A stretch of DNA of 46,660 nucleotides from Candidatus Enterousia sp. (GTDB taxonomy: Bacteria > Pseudomonadota > Alphaproteobacteria > Rs-D84): NCBI GenBank assembly GCA_045648885.1, contig JAZROV010000014.1, positions 1 through 46,660 of the forward strand, written 5' to 3'. This document shows positions 39,438 through 46,660 of the stretch, one piece after another (the first letter of the stretch is position 1; the number at the start of each line of letters is the position of its first letter). The translations under genes were made by a program, and so were the position numbers. The notes under the pieces were generated by a model. The model was not told where the DNA came from. It ran no database searches and saw only the letters and a program-made list of their open reading frames with translations.

Positions 39438-39528
39438 GGAGATATGGCAGAGCTGGTTGAATGCGCACGACTCGAAATCGTGTATACAGGCAACTGTATC
39501 GAGGGTTCGAATCCCCCTATCTCCGCCA
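39438..39528 (+). tRNA. tRNA-Ser (CGA)
   Basis: GGAGATA acceptor stem, CTCGAAA anticodon loop, long variable arm, GGTTCGAATCC, CCA. Confidence 0.95.
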
Positions 39529-39702
39529 TAAATAAAAAGCGACCCTTGTGGTCGTTTTTTTATTTGTCGTGTATAGGTTTGAGATTAGGCCCCGAAACGA
39601 AGTTTCTGGGTTCGACTATGAGTAAGCGAAAACAAGTGATAACGAAGTTTGAGCGCTAACGAATGCCGCGCAGGCATCTATGCCGAGCGAATCCCCCTAT
39701 CT
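39508..39702 (+). repeat. tRNA-linked element bounded by a 15-bp duplication of the tRNA 3' part
   Basis: CGAATCCCCCTATCT at 39508-39522 and 39688-39702, 180 bp apart. Terminator at 39531-39565. Confidence 0.7.
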
Positions 39703-39778
39703 TTTATATGTCCAATATAAACTCTGGACAAAATGTTTGGTTTTCATTATGATTCGCGTGTTATAAAAAGGAAAAACC

Positions 39779-40894
39779 ATGATTATACACAATGATATAC
39801 AACTTGATTTTGATGATGTTTTGATTGCACCACAAACAACAACTATCAACCACAGGGCCGAAGTAAATATTATTCGCACTTTTGATAAAATCGCCCTGCG
39901 GTGTGTGCCGATTATGTCTGCAAATATGACCCAGACAGGGACATTTGAAATTGCAAAACAATTATTAAAAAACAAATTGTGTGCGACATTACATAAATTT
40001 TACAGTGCAAATCAAATTATCGATTTTATAAACGACATTTTAAAGAAACCCGAAAATCACGACGCAATTGACGATAACGGGGTTGACGGTTGTGATGCAA
40101 TGGCGCGTTTATTTGTGACGGTTGGCAAACGGAATTGGGATGGCGAATTAAAAAAACTGTCTGAAATCGAAGCAAAAACAAATGTCCGTTTCAGTATTTT
40201 ATTAGATGTTCCGAATGCCTATATTCCTGAGATAACAGATTGTGTAAAAACTCTGCGTGAAATGTTCCCAGATAAAATCATCGCCGTTGGAAATGTTTGC
40301 AGTGGCGACGAAACCCAGAAATTGATTCTGGCGGGGGCAAATCTGGTAAAACAAGGCATCGGCCCCAGTTTGATTTGTATGACACGTAATCAAACAGGTT
40401 GTGGGCGGCCACAACTGTCTGCGACCATAGATTGTGCGAATGCTGCGCACCAGGTTGGCGGTTATGTCATAGTTGATGGCGGTTTTAAACAAAATGGCGA
40501 TTTTTGCAAGGCTTTTGTTGCAGGCGCAGATTTCTGTATGTCGGGTTCTATGTTTGTCGGATGCGAAGAATCAGACAGCAATAAAATCGTTAAATACATC
40601 CAAACAAACGAAATCAACCCGACTACAAATCAACCAATTGTAAAACAAGAATATTTCAAAGAATATTGGGGTATGAGCAGTTTTCGCGCACAACAGGCGA
40701 ATTATGGTGAAACGACTAAATCAGGAACCAGCGAAGGTGTCGAATGTAAATATGTTCCGTTCACAGGCCCAATTCAAGATACTATAAACGATATCTGTGG
40801 TGCCCTGCGCAGTTGTGGCAGTTATATCGGTGCAAAAAACATTAAAAATTTCAGTCGCCAGGGTATGTTCTATAAAGTGAACAGAATAAAATAG
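39779..40894 (+). CDS. guaC: GMP reductase-like protein (IMPDH/GMPR family)
   Basis: LDFDDVLI, PIMSANM, TLHK, GIGP..IC.TR, DGG, KAFVAGADF, YWGMSS, SEG, LRSCGSYIGA; no CBS domains. Confidence 0.8.
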   Translation: MIIHNDIQLDFDDVLIAPQTTTINHRAEVNIIRTFDKIALRCVPIMSANMTQTGTFEIAKQLLKNKLCATLHKFYSANQIIDFINDILKKPENHDAIDDNGVDGCDAMARLFVTVGKRNWDGELKKLSEIEAKTNVRFSILLDVPNAYIPEITDCVKTLREMFPDKIIAVGNVCSGDETQKLILAGANLVKQGIGPSLICMTRNQTGCGRPQLSATIDCANAAHQVGGYVIVDGGFKQNGDFCKAFVAGADFCMSGSMFVGCEESDSNKIVKYIQTNEINPTTNQPIVKQEYFKEYWGMSSFRAQQANYGETTKSGTSEGVECKYVPFTGPIQDTINDICGALRSCGSYIGAKNIKNFSRQGMFYKVNRIK

Positions 40895-40945
40895 ACAAAA
40901 TCGGCAAAACATGTTATGATTACACTTGATAACAAAAGGGGTTTT

Positions 40946-41563
40946 ATGATGGAAAACAATTTGATAGATGTAATAGGCCAATACAATATTGAAGCAAAAT
41001 CTATCCAGGGTTATATTCCAACTGCTGATATCAAAGAAATATATATTGTGGATGGGTTAAAAAAATTACTGACCGCGAAATCAGATATAGACGCAACCAA
41101 AGCAATTATTGAAACAAACAGGTATTTTCAAGATGCTGTTGGTTTTGAACCATCACACCGATTGTTTGATGCTGAAAAATTGAAAGCATTGGTAAAAAAA
41201 TATGCTGTCGCAGCAATCAAACAAAAACAGATGTCATCCGAAGAATTGTTGGCACAAATGCGCGATTATCAGTCGTTGGTTATGAAACAAGAATCAGAAA
41301 AAAAAGAATTAACAGATCAAACATTTTTATTGAATAACGTTTTGGAAACAACCCTGCAATCCGGCGTGAACAGCGCATCTATCACTGCAAAATCAACAAA
41401 AAAACGTTTTGAAAAAGCAATCCAATTGTTAAAAGATCCGTCTTTCCAGGCACTGCACGGAACACAGCAAGCGATAATTTTAAACGATGTTGTTGTTGCT
41501 GGCGAAAGTGCTGAATCCGCTTTTAAACGTCAATTGTTTAACATGCAAAATGAAAAAGAATAA
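40946..41563 (+). CDS. Hypothetical helical protein
   Basis: ORF with SD AAGGGG before ATG 40946; no recognisable motif. Confidence 0.65.
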   Translation: MMENNLIDVIGQYNIEAKSIQGYIPTADIKEIYIVDGLKKLLTAKSDIDATKAIIETNRYFQDAVGFEPSHRLFDAEKLKALVKKYAVAAIKQKQMSSEELLAQMRDYQSLVMKQESEKKELTDQTFLLNNVLETTLQSGVNSASITAKSTKKRFEKAIQLLKDPSFQALHGTQQAIILNDVVVAGESAESAFKRQLFNMQNEKE

Positions 41564-41580
41564 TTGATATACATTATGAT

Positions 41581-41608
41581 AAAAAAACGGTCAACCGACC
41601 GTTTTTTT
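41581..41608. terminator. Bidirectional terminator
   Basis: AAAAAAACGGTC-AACC-GACCGTTTTTT. Confidence 0.8.
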
Positions 41609-42788
41609 ATACATCAAAATCATACGCGTTCACAGATTTTACAATCGCGGCAACCAGTTTGTTTTGATAATCATCTGATTTTAATAATTTTTCTTCTTTC
41701 TTATTCGATAAATGTCCTAATTCAATTAATGCACCAGGCACAGTCGAACGCAAAACCGCGAACGGCGCATGACGAACCGCAGGGCCGGGTTGCTGTTCAA
41801 TAGATGCACGATTCATAGTTTTTGCACAACCGTTGGCGTATTCTTCGCTGAGCTCTGCGACCGCATGTTGTTGCAATGCAGAAAGCGCAACACGAATATC
41901 TTTTGAAAAATGTTCGAAACCGCTGACATCTATTTTATCGGCAGCATTTTCAGAATCCGCCAATTTTTGCGCTTCTTCGTCAGATGCTTTTTCAGACAAA
42001 GTATAAATTGAAAATCCCTTCATATCGCGACTGGGGTTCGCGTTGGCATGCAAAGATATAAACAAATCTGCGTGTTTCTTTTCCGCGATTTCTGCACGTT
42101 CTGCCAATTTTAAATATGTATCGTTTGACCGCGTCAAAAACGTTTTATATCCGTTTGCATCTAATTTTGTTTTTAATTTTTTCGCAACCGATAACACGAT
42201 TGTTTTTTCCTGGGTTCCGCCCTTACCTATGCACCCCGGGTCTTTGCCGCCATGCCCAGCATCAATAACAATTATATGCTGGTTCGTATTTGGCTTAGCA
42301 GCCGCGGTATTTTTTTCAGATTTTGTTGCGGATGCAGCAGGCGCATTCGAATTTATACCGCGCCCTGACCCAGATGCAAAATCGATTACCAATCGGAAAT
42401 CATTGTCGCCATTTGGTTCTAATATCATAACCTGGTTCTTTTCAATCGCATCGATTGCACCAGATAATGTAGCAACAATTTGCAGTTTAGAGCCGTCTTG
42501 GATTTGAGTAATTCTTTTAATCAATGTGCCATTCGCCAGATTTGGTTTAACATCGCCCCGCCCATTTGTGTTTGATAAATTTACAATCAATTGATTTTCA
42601 CCGTATGAAAAAGAATATGATGGTCGTGATGAAGTTTCAATAACCAATCGCGTTTTGTTTCCAGGCTGGGCCCCAGTGCGAATATTTTTCAATGCGTTTG
42701 GCGCAGCAAACACAACGCGTGGCGACATCCCAACAAACAATGCCCCAAAACTGACCGTTTTCAAAAGTTGTCTTCGTGTTATTTTCAT
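41607..42788 (-). CDS. amiC: N-acetylmuramoyl-L-alanine amidase, Tat-exported, AMIN plus Amidase_3
   Basis: MKITRRQLLK twin-arginine signal (start 42788), IDAGHGGKDPG, SLHAN, ELGHLSN. Confidence 0.9.
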   Translation of the reverse strand: MKITRRQLLKTVSFGALFVGMSPRVVFAAPNALKNIRTGAQPGNKTRLVIETSSRPSYSFSYGENQLIVNLSNTNGRGDVKPNLANGTLIKRITQIQDGSKLQIVATLSGAIDAIEKNQVMILEPNGDNDFRLVIDFASGSGRGINSNAPAASATKSEKNTAAAKPNTNQHIIVIDAGHGGKDPGCIGKGGTQEKTIVLSVAKKLKTKLDANGYKTFLTRSNDTYLKLAERAEIAEKKHADLFISLHANANPSRDMKGFSIYTLSEKASDEEAQKLADSENAADKIDVSGFEHFSKDIRVALSALQQHAVAELSEEYANGCAKTMNRASIEQQPGPAVRHAPFAVLRSTVPGALIELGHLSNKKEEKLLKSDDYQNKLVAAIVKSVNAYDFDV

Positions 42789-42898
42789 GGCAATAATTAT
42801 ATCAAAAAAATTAGATTTTTTCAAGATTATGCATATATTTTTTTCAAAATAAAAAACCACCCGATTGGTGGTTGTTGGTTATCTTTGTGTTTTTTTAA

Positions 42899-44155
42899 CT
42901 ATCGGCTGACACAATTTGCAAAAGATTGCGCCATCAAAGACTTTTCAGACTGATTTAATGTTGCAACCGGCACCATATAGCAACGCGAACTGTCGCGGAT
43001 GACGAAAACTTTGGTTCCGCGAATGTACGCAGTTTGCATATTATCCATTTGCGCCGAAGTCAAAAACGAATTCGGTGTTGATACTGCATTATTCGTCAAA
43101 CCTGCCTGGACAACCGTATTCGCAGTCGCATAATCATAAATTTCCGACATAGATGTTATTTCCATATATAAACTTTGCGTTGCGTATGGGTTTTCAGTCT
43201 TTGTGTTTGCCGTTGGAAACGCAACCCCAGTTAAAACCGCCGCCGCTGTTTGCAGTGTTGGATAACCGTCGGTTGTTTCATGCGGTGTTGTATTCAATTT
43301 TAAATCGTCACCGCACGCCAAATTCATACGATTTGTATAACTGGCCAATACAGAATCAACCGCAGATTCCCAGTTGTTTCCTTTGGAATTCGCCTCTAAA
43401 TTCACGATTTTTTCAGCCCAACCCCAAATATTCGCACCAACATTACCTGCGTTTGCAAAACGCGTCACCATTTCAGCAGATCCGCCAACGACACCGGCAC
43501 CGCAATAATCAGACAACATTGTTTTTAATTTACTGTCTGTTTCGTTACCATACGCCAGCGCCACCGAATGACATGCCATTGCAGCCTCTAATTCACGACG
43601 ACGTTGCAAACACAAATCAGAATGAGATTTAGTCAATTTATCCGCCATATTCGCCATTGATAAATACGACATTATTTCCTGTTGCACATACGACGGGCAC
43701 AACCGCGCCGCGGTATTCATTCCGCCCGAACCATTTTTAGTTATCGTATTATATTGTGGCAATAAAATTGATGTATCTTTCTGTAAACACAACAGCGCAT
43801 AATTATACAATTCGCTTTCTGTTGCGAAACCGTTTGCGCAACGACCAGAAGTTTTGCCTGGAACGACCGTCACATCACCGCAATAATCAGATAAACATTT
43901 ATAGATTTTCTGACGACATGCCGTATCAACATCCGGTTGAGTTATCATAAAATAAGTATTTTTTTGATTTTGAACATATGCGTTAACCACGCCTTTTTGT
44001 CCACGTGATCCACCAGTAGAATTTCCGGCAGAATTCACATAAATAGTTGACGCGCGCGCGCCGTCATTCGCAGTCGTTCCCGCCGACAAACCGAACGCAG
44101 AATTCATCATACAAAGCGCACCAATACACGTAAAGGCTGTTAAAAATTTATTCAT
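42899..44155 (-). CDS. Hypothetical secreted Cys-containing protein
   Basis: SD GAGAGGG, signal peptide, many spaced Cys residues, terminator at 42851-42873. Confidence 0.75.
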   Translation of the reverse strand: MNKFLTAFTCIGALCMMNSAFGLSAGTTANDGARASTIYVNSAGNSTGGSRGQKGVVNAYVQNQKNTYFMITQPDVDTACRQKIYKCLSDYCGDVTVVPGKTSGRCANGFATESELYNYALLCLQKDTSILLPQYNTITKNGSGGMNTAARLCPSYVQQEIMSYLSMANMADKLTKSHSDLCLQRRRELEAAMACHSVALAYGNETDSKLKTMLSDYCGAGVVGGSAEMVTRFANAGNVGANIWGWAEKIVNLEANSKGNNWESAVDSVLASYTNRMNLACGDDLKLNTTPHETTDGYPTLQTAAAVLTGVAFPTANTKTENPYATQSLYMEITSMSEIYDYATANTVVQAGLTNNAVSTPNSFLTSAQMDNMQTAYIRGTKVFVIRDSSRCYMVPVATLNQSEKSLMAQSFANCVSR

Positions 44156-44274
44156 GGAATATCCCTCTCGTTAGGATAATTATATCATGATTGTTTCGTC
44201 GACGCAATAAAACTTTCACTGATTTGCATAAAAAAGTTGATTTAAAGAAAAATATTGGTATATTTTCAAATGTT

Positions 44275-45343
44275 ATGGCCATAGAAACAGACGTTTTTGA
44301 ACAAATTCGCGACGACATTTCTGCCGTCAGGGGGTTTCTTTGACCCGAATAAAATTCAATCTGAAATTGATAAATTGACCGAAATTTCAAATGGGCCTGA
44401 TTTATGGGATAACCCAGATTATGCGCGTGGCATTTTACAGAAAAAATCAAGTTTGGAAAAACAAATCAACGAATTAAATCATTTGGAAAACGAATATAAA
44501 AATCTGGTTGAATTGTACGAATTATCCCCAGACGACCCAGATGTAAATACTGCGATTTTAAAATTATCAGATGATGCACATAGTGCGAAATTTATCACTT
44601 TGTTTCGCGCCCCCGAAGATAACAATGGTGCTTTTTTGTTTATCCAGGCTGGTGCTGGTGGTACTGAAGCCCAAGATTGGGCACAAATGTTGTCGCGTAT
44701 GTATACCCGTTGGTGCGAAAGACACGGCTTTACAACAGAAATTGTCGAAGAACATCCGGGTGATGTTGCGGGCATCAAAAGTATTACCGTTCGTATTTCT
44801 GGCGAACGCGCATTTGGTTGGTTAAAAAACGAAATTGGCGTGCATCGATTGGTTCGAATTTCACCGTTCAACGCGAACGGTAAACGCCAGACCAGTTTTG
44901 CATCTGTGGATGTGTGGCCTGATATTGACGATTCTATCGAAATTGAAATTAACGAAAAAGACCTACGCATTGACACATATCGTTCATCTGGCGCAGGTGG
45001 GCAACATGTTAACAAAACAGACAGTGCAGTTCGCATAACCCATATCCCGACAAACACCGTTGTCACATGCCAGAACGAACGCAGTCAAATTCAAAACAAA
45101 GAAATGGCAATGAAAATATTGCGTTCGCGTTTGTATGAACTGGAAATGCAAAAACGCGCTGCCGCTGAAGATGCCGCAAAAGCAAACCAGAAAAAAATCG
45201 AATGGGGCAGTCAAATTCGCAACTATGTTCTTTATCCGTATCAACTGGTCAAAGATGTTCGAACAAACGTTGAAAAAACAGATTCAAATGCGGTTTTGGA
45301 CGGAGATTTAGACGATTTTATGTTGGCGATGTTGGCACAGTAA
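44275..45343 (+). CDS. prfB: Peptide chain release factor 2, translated through a +1 frameshift
   Basis: ORF0 MAIETDVFEQIRDDISAVRGFL* from ATG 44275; the +1 frame continues DPNK... with SPF and GGQ motifs. Confidence 0.96.
44329..44344 (+). promoter_or_regulatory. RF2 programmed +1 frameshift site
   Basis: AGGGGG-TTT-CTT-TGA-C: internal SD plus the canonical CUU-UGA-C site. Confidence 0.95.
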
Positions 45344-45348
45344 AAGAT

Positions 45349-46119
45349 ATGAATACACAAAACGAACGAATTTCAACAATAAAAAAACTTAGCGGCGAAA
45401 AAACGGTCGTATATAAACCTGAATTATTAGGGATTGCGCACGATATTTATATTGCTGAAAATGGGGGCAATAAAACCGTGTACAGATTTGAAAATGAAAT
45501 TACTGCGAAACACAATTTGTTCGCCAGCCAAAAATTAAAAGCAATCGGTTTATCAGTCCCAGATGTATCAATACATAATGTCGACGGGCAATATTTTGAA
45601 ACATATCCGTTCTTAGAAGGAAAAACTTTTCATGACCGCATTATTGAAGGTATGTCGCCTGAAAAACAAGACATGGTATATAAACAATTATTTGATATAT
45701 CGTACCAGATATCAAATATACCGTATAACGAACAATTTGAATTGAAATTGCCTTTGGTTTTAAAGGCTACATCTTTGCTGTTTAAAATATGCGGTGTAAA
45801 ACACAAAAAACTTTATCATACTGATTTGCATGCGAAAAATGTTATCTTAGACAGCCAAGATAATATTTGTGGACTGATAGATTTGGACGCAGTGTATCCT
45901 GAATATTTTTCAGTGGTTTTAATACATTTAATCAAAGACGCAAAAACATACGGATATGACACTGAAAAATTAAAGACTTTTTCAAAATCTGCATATAAAC
46001 AAATTGATTTTTTAAATCTGGAAAAACAGATGAAATTGTATTCAGGCATACGAAACACATTTCGATTATTTGTGAACGATTTTATGTATAAACAATTATT
46101 GAAAATACGAATAAAATGA
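45349..46119 (+). CDS. APH/choline-kinase-like phosphotransferase
   Basis: HTDLHAKNV (Brenner motif) and GLIDLD. Confidence 0.72.
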   Translation: MNTQNERISTIKKLSGEKTVVYKPELLGIAHDIYIAENGGNKTVYRFENEITAKHNLFASQKLKAIGLSVPDVSIHNVDGQYFETYPFLEGKTFHDRIIEGMSPEKQDMVYKQLFDISYQISNIPYNEQFELKLPLVLKATSLLFKICGVKHKKLYHTDLHAKNVILDSQDNICGLIDLDAVYPEYFSVVLIHLIKDAKTYGYDTEKLKTFSKSAYKQIDFLNLEKQMKLYSGIRNTFRLFVNDFMYKQLLKIRIK

Positions 46120-46149
46120 TGTAACATAGATACATTCGTAAAAACATCT

Positions 46150-46226
46150 GCACCCATAGCACAACTGGATAATGCGTCGGCCTCCGAAGCCGGAGATTGC
46201 AGGTTCGAATCCTGCTGGGTGCGCCA
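46150..46226 (+). tRNA. tRNA-Arg (CCG)
   Basis: GCACCCA acceptor stem, CTCCGAA anticodon loop, GGTTCGAATCC, CCA. Confidence 0.95.
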
Positions 46227-46445
46227 TAAAAATCAAACCGACTTTTGTCGGTTTTATTTTTATCTGGGTCACCCCAGGGTTCGAACCGAAAAGCAGGTTC
46301 GACCCGCAGACGAAAGGCAGACGGAAGTATGCCGGTTCGCAAAGCGAATGAGTCAAGGGCGTGAAGCAAAGCGTAACAATCCCGCTGGGTGCGCCATAAA
46401 AATCAAACCGACTTTTGTCGGTTTTATTTTTATCTGGGTCACCCC
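46208..46445 (+). repeat. 68-bp direct repeat (tRNA 3' end plus terminator), 170-bp period, RtT-like
   Basis: 46208-46275 and 46378-46445 differ at one position. Confidence 0.88.
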
Positions 46446-46660
46446 CACCACCCTGCGGGTCCCCCGCCCCCGTGGGGCGGAATTTATTCCGCGACGAGTG
46501 CTAAGTTCTCCTCCGCCGGAGGAGTACGGCGCCAGCCGGGAGGTGGGGGTATTTGAACATACTTATTCTTTTTCACCCCCACCCCGCCCGTTGGGCACCC
46601 CTCCGTGGGAGGGGAACTTTTTTCCGCGACAAGTGCAAAGATTCTCCCCCACGGGGGGAG
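46437..46660. repeat. REP-like palindrome cluster running off the right edge
   Basis: Same modules and TTCCGCGAC linker as the 29539-30000 array; copies match 60-109 and 30856-30897. Confidence 0.88.

Noticed and set aside
45349-46119. Aminoglycoside resistance gene
   Set aside because: Only the general kinase-fold motifs are visible; the substrate cannot be assigned.
39529-46149. Integrated prophage or genomic island between the tRNAs
   Set aside because: No integrase or phage genes; the interval holds core genes (amiC, prfB), and the tRNA duplications span only 170-180 bp.

Overview
AT-rich chromosomal region, probably from an anaerobic host-associated alphaproteobacterium (inferred from DUF1013/TrcR, an alphaproteobacterial-type RpoH promoter, PPDK and class III RNR). 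Most of it is housekeeping: a MacAB-TolC-type exporter, nrdD/nrdG, ppdK, an MsbA-like ABC transporter, an M23 peptidase, prmC, tilS-ftsH, groESL, trcR-rpoD, cysS, a fused accD-accA, a guaC-like gene, amiC, frameshifted prfB and three tRNAs. The unusual signals are: (1) a small secreted Cys-rich gene (30297-30764) whose last 135 coding nt look like a diversity-generating-retroelement (DGR) variable region, with no template repeat or reverse transcriptase in the window; (2) GC-rich REP/BIME-like palindromes at four sites; (3) a C4/CI-like antisense attenuator at the left edge; (4) an unannotated 59-aa ORF carrying the NrdD glycyl-radical segment in trans; (5) a primary sigma factor missing one Trp of the W-dyad; (6) a candidate pseudoknotted sRNA; (7) tRNA-linked 170-180 bp elements; (8) several apparently leaderless genes, two of them sharing one palindromic -10 box. 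All calls come from reading motifs by eye; no database searches were run.
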